NCBI RefSeq assembly: GCF_001412615.1
Contig: NZ_CP013011.1
Location: 300,001-332,000 of the forward strand
DNA: 32,000 nt
Direction: 5' to 3'
From: Pyrodictium delaneyi
Lineage (GTDB): Archaea; Thermoproteota; Thermoprotei_A; Sulfolobales; Pyrodictiaceae
This document shows positions 17,151 through 25,916 of this stretch, piece by piece (position 1 is the first letter of the stretch; the number at the start of each line of letters is the position of its first letter). The notes below the pieces were generated by a model, which searched no databases, was not told where the DNA came from, and saw only the letters and a list, made by a program, of their open reading frames with translations. The translations under genes were made by a program, and so were the position numbers.

Positions 17151-18296
17151 CTACTCTACCAACCGGAACTTCTTCAACGCCTCAGCCACATCATGCGGCC
17201 TCGTATCCCACCGATTACGCCACGGATCAAACATCTCAACAGGCATAGGAACAGCACGCGAATACACAATAGTACTCTCCGAGAGAACCTTACCACTACA
17301 ATACTTCTCCAAGAACTTACCCAGAAGAGGCTTAATCTCACTATTAACTAGCAAGGCTGTGACAGCATATTCATTACCGGCAAATACTTGTGTACCCGTA
17401 AGAGTAGCAGCTGCAAATACATAAAGTTGCTCCGCGCATTCGCGACTAGTGATTACCATAATAGCTTCAATATCACCCTGAGTACCATGGAGGAAGCTGC
17501 CAATCCAAGTACGGCCGACATAACGAAGCTTACTCAATCTATCATAGTGATTTTTCATGAATCGGAAACGAAAGCTTATATCAGATGAAAATTTTTCGTT
17601 CAACTCTTCTACACGAGCTCGTGCGAGTAAGTTAACAGCACGTAGATCTATATTCTTAAGAAGCGGATAATACTCTATCATAGCTACAATTATCACATCA
17701 ATGAGTTTCATGCGTGAACCTATAGGGACAACATCAAGAACACTGTTATACATATCAGAATGAGCATCATACGTAAATCTAATACTCTCGAGATCTCTTG
17801 CAACAGCTTGTGTACAATTGTATACGGGAAGTGCACTACCATTATCAATTATAAATATTTTATCTTTAAATTTTTTCTCAAATTCGTGAACTAGATCTGA
17901 GACCAAGTCTTTAGGTAAACGATATGTAAACATTAGTCTACCGCCGAATAGTTTATTGATTGATATCAGATATCTATTATATGGCAAATCTAACCTAAAC
18001 CAGATATTCATGGTACGCTTATTCTCCACCTTGTCAAAGAAATCAATAATATCTCTAATACTTTTCGTTACTATCGTTACTGATTGTAAGTCTAATGCCC
18101 TATAATCTATTATGGCTATAGATTTTCTACGATGACGTGCTAACTCTTCCTTATCTATATTCCTTATCTTTCTCACTATGCTTCGCACATGCTGATCGCT
18201 TACACCTAAATGATCTGCTATTCGTTGTGCCTCCAGCCTGAAATCATAACAGGATAGAAGCGCTGCTATCTTGTCTAGGTCTTTGTGTATTTTCAA
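17151..18296 (-). CDS. low-GC hypothetical DNA-binding protein; N-terminal Lrp/AsnC-like HTH, possibly two tandem HTH+RAM-like modules
   Basis: 381-aa uninterrupted ORF in a strongly AT-rich block. DLDKIAALLSCYDFRLEAQRIADHLGVSDQHVRSIVRKI followed by IAIIDYRALDLQSVTIV resembles the Lrp/AsnC HTH-to-RAM transition. A second similar stretch is MKLIDVIIVAMIEYYPLLKN...MKNHYDRLSKLRYVGRTWIG...IEAIMVI. Confidence 0.55.
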   Translation of the reverse strand: MKIHKDLDKIAALLSCYDFRLEAQRIADHLGVSDQHVRSIVRKIRNIDKEELARHRRKSIAIIDYRALDLQSVTIVTKSIRDIIDFFDKVENKRTMNIWFRLDLPYNRYLISINKLFGGRLMFTYRLPKDLVSDLVHEFEKKFKDKIFIIDNGSALPVYNCTQAVARDLESIRFTYDAHSDMYNSVLDVVPIGSRMKLIDVIIVAMIEYYPLLKNIDLRAVNLLARARVEELNEKFSSDISFRFRFMKNHYDRLSKLRYVGRTWIGSFLHGTQGDIEAIMVITSRECAEQLYVFAAATLTGTQVFAGNEYAVTALLVNSEIKPLLGKFLEKYCSGKVLSESTIVYSRAVPMPVEMFDPWRNRWDTRPHDVAEALKKFRLVE

Positions 18297-18452
18297 GCCT
18301 CCCTACCTTCGGGCATTTTGCTCAACTTGCGTGCAAGGTAAACCAGTCCTCTCCCCCAGTATAGCTCTGGACAAAGCACAGAGGGTGAAAGAGAGATGCT
18401 CGCTCGCGAACCAGTGGATGTTCCTCTTCCAATATGGTAATGTAAGGGTCAA

Positions 18453-18498
18453 GCCCGCAGAGAGGGTTCATCCCCCGCCGCTCGCCCTCTCTGCGGGC
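18453..18498. repeat. perfect 14-bp GC-rich inverted repeat (hairpin/palindrome) with 18-nt loop
   Basis: GCCCGCAGAGAGGG (18453-18466) pairs exactly with CCCTCTCTGCGGGC (18485-18498). A T5 run follows at 18522-18526. It lies in a stretch without a convincing CDS. Confidence 0.9.
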
Positions 18499-18592
18499 TC
18501 CGCGGCCCCGATGGACGACGGTTTTTCCTCCCCCGGGTACCCCAATCGGCATCTTGTTCTCGGGTTTCTCTTCTTAATTTATCGCTTGGAGT

Positions 18593-18862
18593 CTAGGCGC
18601 TTGCCTGTAGCTTTTTCTGGAGTGTGTGCCAGAGGATGCGTGCCTTGTATGCTCCGGCTATTGTTTCTAGTAGCTCGTAGGCTTGTTTGGGGTTCTCTAC
18701 GACGAGGCGGGCGTATGTTTTGCCGTAGCGGCTTACTGCGTAGTAGTTTAGTGTAGTGTAGATTCCGAGGCCTATGCGGTACATTATCTGCTCTACCATG
18801 GTTTCGTCGCTGCAGCTGCTGCATGGCAGTATTGCTGGTGTTGCTGGAGCGATTGTGCTCAC
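18593..18862 (-). CDS. small hypothetical protein (68-89 aa)
   Basis: Host-like codon usage. The sequence is ...MVEQIMYRIGLGIYTTLNYYAVSRYGKTYARLVVENPKQAYELLETIAGAYKARILWHTLQKK. The start is GTG 18862 or ATG 18799. A GTAATACC motif lies 12 nt upstream of the GTG. No family recognised. Confidence 0.5.
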   Translation of the reverse strand: MSTIAPATPAILPCSSCSDETMVEQIMYRIGLGIYTTLNYYAVSRYGKTYARLVVENPKQAYELLETIAGAYKARILWHTLQKKLQASA

Positions 18863-19115
18863 CCCGGGCCCCCGGGTATTACTGGGCCGTGGCCCCTTTT
18901 ACCTGGGCCGAAGAAGGGCTCCCAGGGTTCATGACTCGCTGGGTTTATAAGTGGAAGGCTGGTGGGAGAGAGGGGCGCTGGTTTGACACTATTGTTTCTG
19001 GTTGTGTGCCTACATATCCCTATGCTACGTTTGCGTGTTGCTTTGTTGCCGGTGTAGCCTGATGCGGGTGGTTTTTGAACCCTAGAGCTGGCCGGGGTAT
19101 CCTGGTGTCCTACCC

Positions 19116-20960
19116 GTGGGCTCCCAGGGTTCTAGCAATCTGTTTGGCTGGAGTAAACGGGTACTCTGGGTTGACCTCTCCCGCGGCGAGTTCCGGGAGT
19201 GGCGTTACCCGGGCGAGATGGCTCGGATGTTCATCGGGGGCCGGGGGTTCGCGGCTAAGATTCTCTGGGACTTCCTGGAGCCGGGAGCCGATCCTCTAGG
19301 CCCCCGTAACCTGTTCATCGCTGCTGTGGGGCCTTTGACTGGGCTCCCGGGGCCTAACACGGGTAAGCTCGTGGTTGCCGCTAAGAGCCCGTTGACTGGT
19401 GGTTACGGCGACGGGAATATCGGCTCGTGGGCTGCTGTGCAGATGAGGGCTGCGGGCTGGGACGCTATAGTCGTGGAGGGTGTCTCGGAGAAGCCTGTGG
19501 TCCTGGTCGTGGAGGATGACCGTGCGTGGTTGGAGCCGGCGGAGGACCTCTGGGGGCTCGACGCGTTCCGGGCCTATGACCGGCTCGTGGAGCGCTATGG
19601 CCGGGACGCGGGGATACTCCTCATAGGGCCTGCGGGAGAGAACCTAGTGCGCTACGCCACCGTGGTGTCGATGAAGGGAAGAGCTGGCGGCCGCCCCGGC
19701 ATAGGCGCTGTTATGGGTAGCAAGCGGCTGAAAGCGATAGTTGTCCGGGGCTCGGGGAAGCCGGAGCTATTCGACCCCGACGCGGTTATGAAGTATGCTG
19801 TGGAGGCTATCCGCGAGATCAAGACCAGCCCCAACTACGGGTTCTGGATGCGGCAGGGCACGATGTTCACGATAGAGTGGGCGCAGGAGGCTAGCGTGCT
19901 CCCCGCCTACAACTTCCGCGAGGCCGTATTCGAGGGCTATGAGGGGATAAGTGGCAGCTACATGGAGCGGATAGAGGTCGATCTCCGTAGCTGCCCTCTC
20001 TGCGTAATGGCTTGTGGCCATGTGATAGACGACTCTGAGGGGCGCCGGGTAGAGCTAGACTACGAGAACGTGGCTATGCTGGGAAGCAACCTGGGTATAT
20101 CCCGGCTAGAGGAGGTTGGGCTGCTAAACAGGCTAGCCGACGTCTACGGCCTAGACACGATAAGCCTCGGCGGCACCCTCGGCTACGCCCTCGAGGCGGC
20201 TGAGAGGGGCAAGCTCGAGCTAGACGCGGGCTGGGGCGAGACTAAGAAGATAGCCAGGCTCATAGAGGACATCACGTTCCGCCGCGGCGTCGGAGACCTA
20301 CTAGCCGAGGGCGTGGCGAGGCTCTCCCAGAGGGTCGGCGAGACCTGGTATGCTATGCACGTGAAGGGCCTAGAGGTGAGTGCCTACGACTGCCGCGCAG
20401 CCCCCGGCATGGCGCTCGCGTACGCTACGAGCCCGATAGGGGCACACCACAAGGATGCCTGGATGATAGGCTGGGAGGTGCAGCACGGCCGCACCGAGTA
20501 CAACCGGGAGAAGGTACGGAAGCTGATATGGATGCAGAGGTTCCGCGGCGGCCTCTTCGAGACAGCCGTGGCCTGCCGCTTCCCTGTAGTCGAGACTGGT
20601 CTCGGCCTGGAGCACTACGTGCGCCTCTTCCAGGCAGCCACCGGGCTAAGCTACAGCCTCGATGACATCTTCACCGTGGCTGACCGAGTCTACGCCCTAA
20701 TAAGGATGATATGGGTGCGGGAGCACGGCGGCTGGAGCATCGAGAAGGATATGCCGCCAGAGCGCTGGTTCCGCGACCCCCTCACTAAGGGGCCGCTGAA
20801 GGGTGCTAAACTTGACCGTGACAGGTTCATTGATATGCTCCGGATGTACTATGAGGAGCGTGGCTGGGCACCCAACGGAGTCCCACGGCCCGACACCCTC
20901 CGGAGCCTAGGTCTAGACGGGGCTGCAGAACTCGCAGAGAAGTACACGATACCACGCTAG
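19116..20960 (+). CDS. aor: tungsten-containing aldehyde:ferredoxin oxidoreductase (AOR family)
   Basis: 614 aa. The N-terminus is typical of AOR (GWSKRVLWVDLSRGEF...GGRGFAAKILWD). It has the Fe-S Cys motif CPLCVMAC (CxxCxxxC) and the pterin-binding block DVYGLDTISLGG. Confidence 0.93.
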   Translation: MGSQGSSNLFGWSKRVLWVDLSRGEFREWRYPGEMARMFIGGRGFAAKILWDFLEPGADPLGPRNLFIAAVGPLTGLPGPNTGKLVVAAKSPLTGGYGDGNIGSWAAVQMRAAGWDAIVVEGVSEKPVVLVVEDDRAWLEPAEDLWGLDAFRAYDRLVERYGRDAGILLIGPAGENLVRYATVVSMKGRAGGRPGIGAVMGSKRLKAIVVRGSGKPELFDPDAVMKYAVEAIREIKTSPNYGFWMRQGTMFTIEWAQEASVLPAYNFREAVFEGYEGISGSYMERIEVDLRSCPLCVMACGHVIDDSEGRRVELDYENVAMLGSNLGISRLEEVGLLNRLADVYGLDTISLGGTLGYALEAAERGKLELDAGWGETKKIARLIEDITFRRGVGDLLAEGVARLSQRVGETWYAMHVKGLEVSAYDCRAAPGMALAYATSPIGAHHKDAWMIGWEVQHGRTEYNREKVRKLIWMQRFRGGLFETAVACRFPVVETGLGLEHYVRLFQAATGLSYSLDDIFTVADRVYALIRMIWVREHGGWSIEKDMPPERWFRDPLTKGPLKGAKLDRDRFIDMLRMYYEERGWAPNGVPRPDTLRSLGLDGAAELAEKYTIPR

Positions 20961-21339
20961 GAGTTTAGCCGTCACGGCATTCCTAGCGCTGATTAATGGT
21001 TGAAGCGTGCCAGCCTAGTGTATGTCCATGCCATGTACATAGAGTTTTTCTGCTATGCCTACGCTGCCTATTTCTATCACCTCTGTCTAGCTGTCATACA
21101 CTGTGCAGCAACTTACTATCACGATCCCCGCGTATCTAGCAGCATACGCCTCTTAGCGTCCTGGGTAGCTGTTCTATAATGCTCCGGACCTCTCTGAGAG
21201 CTCTCCGGCCTCTAGGAATCTGCGGATCCCTTCACCCTAGTCCACTTCGTCATTAAACTCGTGGAGATTGGTGTAGCCCAGTGCATAGACGGAGTTCTTC
21301 TTTTACCGCTGGAGACCCATAGGGCTCCAGCCGACATGG

Positions 21340-22461
21340 GTGGCTGCTGTGGCCCGGATTCTCATAATTGGTAGCGGGTTCGCGGGCGTAGAGGCTATAC
21401 GCCGGCTCCAGGAGCTCGGGTTATGCGATCGCAGCGAGTGTATATGGGTGTCAGCTAACTCCAAGCTAGTCTTCCTGCCCCTACTGCCGGCGCTGGTTAG
21501 CCGCCGCTACCGGCCCGGAGACGTAGAGTGGAGTGTCGAGGCCTACGCAAAACGTGTCGGCGCCGAGCTCATAGATAAACGTGTTACAGCACTCGAGCCC
21601 GGCCGCGTACACCTCGAGGACGGCGAGGCTCTAGAGTACGACTACGCTGTGATAGCGGCTGGCGCCAGGCCTGCATTCTACAACGTGCCTGGGGCTGAGG
21701 AGCTGAGCGTCACGGTGTACGGCGTAGACGAGGCCTGGGGGCTCGGCGAGAAGATAGAGCGGGGCGAGATCTCCAGCATGGTTGTGGTCGGCGCCGGGTT
21801 CGTAGGCGTAGAGGTTGCCGCGGAGGCGCTGTGGCTGGCCCGGAGGCTGGGCAGGGAGCTACGAGTGACGCTCGTGGATATGCTTGAGGAGCCTATCCAG
21901 CTCCTGGGCAACAAGAAGGCCTCCAAGCTGACACGGGAGATACTGGAGAAGCTCGGCGCCAAGTTCGAGATGGGCAGACCGGTAACCAGGGTGTACGAGG
22001 GCGGCGTAGAGCTGAAGGATGGGACCCGGGTGGAGGGCGACGTAGTGGTCTGGTCTGCTGGGCTCAGAGGCCCAGGGATAGAGGTGCCCCGGGAGGCGCT
22101 GGCACGGGGCGGCTTCCTACAGGTAGACGAGTACCTCCACGTAAGCGGGCTCGGCGGTAACGTCTACGCAGTCGGCGACGCCATGGCGTTCCGGAAGGAC
22201 GACTGCATCAGCCTAAAGATGGCCCGGGAGGCGCTCCGCAGCGCCGCGAGGGCCGTCGAGAACATTGCTGCCCGGCTCCGCGGCGAGGCGGAGAAGCCCT
22301 ACAAGCCGCTGATAACCAGCTGCCGGCCTATGGCGGGTATAGGTCTAGGCCCCGACCAGGGCGTACTAGTACTGGGCAAGAAGATAGCGTTCAAGAGCAC
22401 CCTGGTCCACTGGTACCACGAGAAGCTACGCAAGAGCTATGCCAAGCTCCTATCCGGCTAG
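21340..22461 (+). CDS. FAD-dependent pyridine nucleotide-disulfide oxidoreductase (type II NADH dehydrogenase / SQR-like)
   Basis: 373 aa. It has two dinucleotide folds, ILIIGSGFAGVE and VVVGAGFVGVEVAAE, plus YAVGDA near the C-terminus. Confidence 0.85.
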   Translation: MAAVARILIIGSGFAGVEAIRRLQELGLCDRSECIWVSANSKLVFLPLLPALVSRRYRPGDVEWSVEAYAKRVGAELIDKRVTALEPGRVHLEDGEALEYDYAVIAAGARPAFYNVPGAEELSVTVYGVDEAWGLGEKIERGEISSMVVVGAGFVGVEVAAEALWLARRLGRELRVTLVDMLEEPIQLLGNKKASKLTREILEKLGAKFEMGRPVTRVYEGGVELKDGTRVEGDVVVWSAGLRGPGIEVPREALARGGFLQVDEYLHVSGLGGNVYAVGDAMAFRKDDCISLKMAREALRSAARAVENIAARLRGEAEKPYKPLITSCRPMAGIGLGPDQGVLVLGKKIAFKSTLVHWYHEKLRKSYAKLLSG

Positions 22462-22478
22462 CTCTAGACCCGCATCTT

Positions 22479-23591
22479 TTACTCCCTCCCTGCCTCAGCA
22501 ACTCTAATCCTGTATATCGCGTAGCTGGCTAGCTTGCGGCCTGGGAGAACCGGCTTGTAGGCAAGCTCGGCTAGTCCGCCGCCTAGTAGCTCTAGGAGAG
22601 CCCGTGCAGCCTCAGCAACTCCAGTTACGTCGAGTAGGCTAGGCGTGTAGACCGCCAGGTGGACTGGCTCCCGGGGCTCAAGAGGCGTCTGGACCCGCGT
22701 CAGCCACCCGGCACGCCTCCCCTTTACTAGCCCGGCTAGCTCCTTTACTAGCCGGGCTCGCGCGTCACGTGTGAGCACAATTACCCAGGCGCCTTCGAGC
22801 TCGTCGAGGGCCTCGTAGAGCGGCTTCTCGCAGAGCCCGGTGGATAATAGCGCCTCTAAATGCGTCTTGACCCGGCGCGTCTCGGCCTCAAGGCCCGCCT
22901 CCCGGGCCCTGGCGGTGAGCGTCTCGGCTGAGAGCCTGCCTTGGCACAGAGCTTCCAGCTCCTCGGCTACTCGGCCCCGGCTAGCCTCTGCGCCCGGGTT
23001 GGTTACTACAAGCTCGGTCTCCTCTACAGTGTATGGCCCATTGACGATCTCTCTCGCCAGGGTCTCTAGGGGGCCCGGCTGTACACCGTGTCTGGCGAGC
23101 CCCGGCATCTCGACCCTCCAGCGGCGAACCCTGTTGGCAGCCCGCCACTCGCTGAGCAGCCTCTCTACCACCTCTAGCGCCCTATCGCCCGGTACCCTGT
23201 TGACGGCTGCTACCCGCTCTACAGCAGCGGGTAGGAGGTTCTTCTCAGCTGCACGGCCCAGCCTGTATGCTACAAGGCACCGACTACAGAGAGGCACCAA
23301 ATCCTCGAGGAGCGCGTGACCCTCACCATTGGCTAGCTCTATCTCCCAGGCGCCAGCCACCCCCGCAGCCCGCTCACCGCAGTAGAGGCAGCTGCCCTGG
23401 GAGAACCTCTCTATGACCTCTGTCAGCCTGGCTAGCTGCTCCTCGTAGAGGCTGGACTCTCCGCCTGCTATGCTGGTAGCTAGGAGGGGGTCAATCCGGG
23501 CCAGGATCGTGGGCTCAGCAGCCTGGAGAGGTACTGGCAGGGGGCGGGGGCAGAACCGGAGCCCCCGGCACGTCTCGACGTAGAGCCTCAT
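22479..23591 (-). CDS. hypothetical protein with CxxC...CxxC zinc-ribbon (degenerate HNH-like) and an uncharacterised C-terminal domain
   Basis: The track ORF starts at 23690 and overlaps the upstream gene; ATG 23591 (MRLYVETCRG) removes the overlap. The zinc-ribbon stretch is CLYCGERAAG...GHALLEDLVPLCSRCLVAY. It is the last gene of a three-gene minus-strand operon with 23-34-nt gaps. Confidence 0.65.
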   Translation of the reverse strand: MRLYVETCRGLRFCPRPLPVPLQAAEPTILARIDPLLATSIAGGESSLYEEQLARLTEVIERFSQGSCLYCGERAAGVAGAWEIELANGEGHALLEDLVPLCSRCLVAYRLGRAAEKNLLPAAVERVAAVNRVPGDRALEVVERLLSEWRAANRVRRWRVEMPGLARHGVQPGPLETLAREIVNGPYTVEETELVVTNPGAEASRGRVAEELEALCQGRLSAETLTARAREAGLEAETRRVKTHLEALLSTGLCEKPLYEALDELEGAWVIVLTRDARARLVKELAGLVKGRRAGWLTRVQTPLEPREPVHLAVYTPSLLDVTGVAEAARALLELLGGGLAELAYKPVLPGRKLASYAIYRIRVAEAGRE

Positions 23592-23613
23592 ACCGGCCAC
23601 GCTCTCCGTGCTC

Positions 23614-24543
23614 CTACCCGGGCAACTCCTCAGGGTAGCGTAGGAATACCATCCCTTCCTCTGTGACCAAGGCCGCGCCAGCACCGGCACCGTGATAGAG
23701 GCTTGAGAAGACTGTTACAACACTGTAGCGGAGCTCCTCAGGATTCATGACTGCGCCGTGGTCTATCCGGTAGCGCTGGCTGCCGTCGGGGAGCCAGACA
23801 TGGAAGGCGTCGAGAGACTCGTGGCCCCGGACTATGAGGCTGAGACTGTTTGCTTCCATGAAGGTCTTCCAGGCCTCTCGGCCGTAGTAGTATATTCCGG
23901 GGCCCCGGGCGCTCGGCAGGAACCAGTCTATCGTGCCACGGGGGTCGTTCCATAGCAGCTGCATCGCGACATGGTCCTCCGGGTCGAGGCCCCGGCGGCT
24001 ACCATGAAGCTCTTCTAGCCTCTCGCGTATCTCCGCAAGGCTGATAGGCTCTTCCGGCTCGTTGCCACATACTCTACAGGGCACGCCGCCATGGACGTAG
24101 AGGATACCGTCGGCGAGCAGCATGTATGGGAGGCTGGTGTAGAAGTCGTAGAGCGGCTCAAGAATGTCTATACCGAGCTTTGAGACCACCTCGTCGCGGA
24201 ATCCATAGTAGAGGTTCATCAGGGGGGACTCGTGGTTGCCCCGTAGCAGCACGATCCTATCGGGCTCGTCGAGGAGCCGGCGTACGAGCAGCTCGAGGTT
24301 CTCGGAGCCCCGGGTGCCACGGTCCACGTAGTCGCCGAGGAAGACTACGAGGTCGGCACCAGCCTTGTCTGCGAGGCTCAGTGCCCACTCAGAGACCTCA
24401 GGGTAGCCGTGTGTGTCCCCAACGACCAGGACGCGGCCCGCCTTGGCCTCGAGTACGGGGCCGCGGCTACGCAGCAGCTCGGCTGCCTCGCGTAACAGCT
24501 CCGGCAGCTCCTCTAGAGCCAAGACCGCCACCTCTCGCAACAC
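23614..24543 (-). CDS. PPP-family Ser/Thr protein phosphatase (PP1/PP2A-like metallophosphoesterase)
   Basis: 309 aa. It carries the full motif set GDTHG, GDYVDRG, GNHE, HGG and RGHE. Confidence 0.85.
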   Translation of the reverse strand: MLREVAVLALEELPELLREAAELLRSRGPVLEAKAGRVLVVGDTHGYPEVSEWALSLADKAGADLVVFLGDYVDRGTRGSENLELLVRRLLDEPDRIVLLRGNHESPLMNLYYGFRDEVVSKLGIDILEPLYDFYTSLPYMLLADGILYVHGGVPCRVCGNEPEEPISLAEIRERLEELHGSRRGLDPEDHVAMQLLWNDPRGTIDWFLPSARGPGIYYYGREAWKTFMEANSLSLIVRGHESLDAFHVWLPDGSQRYRIDHGAVMNPEELRYSVVTVFSSLYHGAGAGAALVTEEGMVFLRYPEELPG

Positions 24544-24577
24544 ACCCAGGGGTCTTGCCGTGGCTCAAGCTGCCCCC

Positions 24578-25753
24578 TTAGACGTGGCGTAGCCTGCGCG
24601 TGGCCTCGCTTAGTAGGCGGCGTGTGGCATCCTCTACTGCTGCCCGGTCCCCCAGCCTCCGAGTCTGCTCGGCAGCTGCCAGCAGCCTACGGGTAGCCTC
24701 AATGTAGCTTATCTTCCTCGTCTGCTCGGCTAGTCTCGCTGCCTCGCTGAGCTTCTGTGTAGCCTCGTCTAGTTTACCCTTTAGCAGAGCCTCCCTGGCC
24801 CGGGCCATGTATAGGAAGTAGTTGTACTCGTCCAGGACTTCTCTGTCTATCCCCTTGAGGAAGAGGTCGCGGCTATGCACCGGGGATATGTCAGCTTCCC
24901 TCACCTCTTCTACAATTTCGTCCGTAGCTGGGTCCTCGTAGCGTATCCTGGCACGGAGCACTGTGCCCTCGTATAGCGGTGGCACCTCGACCTCACCGAG
25001 GACTGTAACGGACTCCTTCTCTATGCTTGGCAACCTTATCACTGGCTCCTCGTAGTTCAGTAGTTTGATGCCACCAACCGGGCTCTCTAGTACTAATTCC
25101 ACGCTCCGGGCAGCTACCGTCTCTACGCTGAAACTCCCCAGTATCTCGGGCAGCTTCTCGACCTCGGCCTCGCTCACGTGGTAGAAGTCGCCGCCACTCA
25201 TATCGGCTAGCAGAGTGAATAGCTCGTGGTTATAGTCTAGGCCTATGCCTACTAACACCATCCGGTAGCCTGGCGGCTGCTCTAGCTCCCTGAACCGCTC
25301 CAGGCTGCTAACATCCGTCGGCTGGCCGTCGCTTAGCAGCACTATGTAGCCGGGCAGGCCCGAGGCCCGGGCTATCTGGTAGGCGTCGCGCAACGCTCGG
25401 TAGAGGGGAGTACCGTCATGAGGTTCTAGCTCGTCTATGAGTCTCAGCAGTCTCTCCCTCTCTGTGTCCATTGGTGTTCTCGACGCTAGTACGCTGACTA
25501 GCTCCCTGGTGCCAAAAGCTATCAGCGTCACATAGTTGCCTTCCGGGATATTGCGGAGCAGGAGCCGTGCACCCTCCTTTGCTAGCTCTATCTTCCGGCC
25601 CTTCATCGAGCCGCTAGTGTCTATTAGGAGTATATAGTGGAGTCCCTCAGCCTTGCCGGACGATGAGGGGAGAAGCGTGAGTTTGAATGCAAGCTTGACT
25701 GGCGTCCTGAAGCTGTACCTGTGGCTTGTACGTAGATCCACGAGGAGAGCCAC
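24578..25753 (-). CDS. von Willebrand factor A (vWA) domain protein, ArnB-like, with C-terminal TR[RK][LI] repeats
   Basis: 391 aa. It has the MIDAS motif ILLIDTSGSMKG, then TPLYRAL and VLLSDGQPTD. The C-terminal tail is EQTRKISYIEATRRLLAAAEQTRRLGDRAAVEDATRRLLSEATRRLRHV. Confidence 0.85.
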   Translation of the reverse strand: MALLVDLRTSHRYSFRTPVKLAFKLTLLPSSSGKAEGLHYILLIDTSGSMKGRKIELAKEGARLLLRNIPEGNYVTLIAFGTRELVSVLASRTPMDTERERLLRLIDELEPHDGTPLYRALRDAYQIARASGLPGYIVLLSDGQPTDVSSLERFRELEQPPGYRMVLVGIGLDYNHELFTLLADMSGGDFYHVSEAEVEKLPEILGSFSVETVAARSVELVLESPVGGIKLLNYEEPVIRLPSIEKESVTVLGEVEVPPLYEGTVLRARIRYEDPATDEIVEEVREADISPVHSRDLFLKGIDREVLDEYNYFLYMARAREALLKGKLDEATQKLSEAARLAEQTRKISYIEATRRLLAAAEQTRRLGDRAAVEDATRRLLSEATRRLRHV

Positions 25754-25916
25754 AGCACGTACACCCTCACCAAGCCAGCTGCCGGTGAATGCCGAGAGAC
25801 GTGACTCTCTCCCGGGGGCTGCGGAGGCTAGCCAACCTTATACGCCGCCACGTAGCCGCCTAATTACCAGTATTACTCATGGCACTAGTAGTTGTTGTAA
25901 AGGATTATGCAAGAGG

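Noticed and set aside
18271-18756. 161-aa plus-strand ORF and 76-aa minus-strand ORF (18322..18552) in the gap after the low-GC gene
   Set aside because: The products are compositionally implausible (Arg/Gly/Leu/Cys-rich), they overlap the hairpin and each other, and they lack start context. I treated the region as non-coding and listed it as a finding instead.
20961-21339. 380-bp lower-GC intergenic region after the AOR gene, searched for C/D-box sRNA signatures
   Set aside because: Only a one-mismatch C-box-like string (AATGACGA on the minus strand near 21250) was found. There is no correctly placed CTGA D box or terminal stem.
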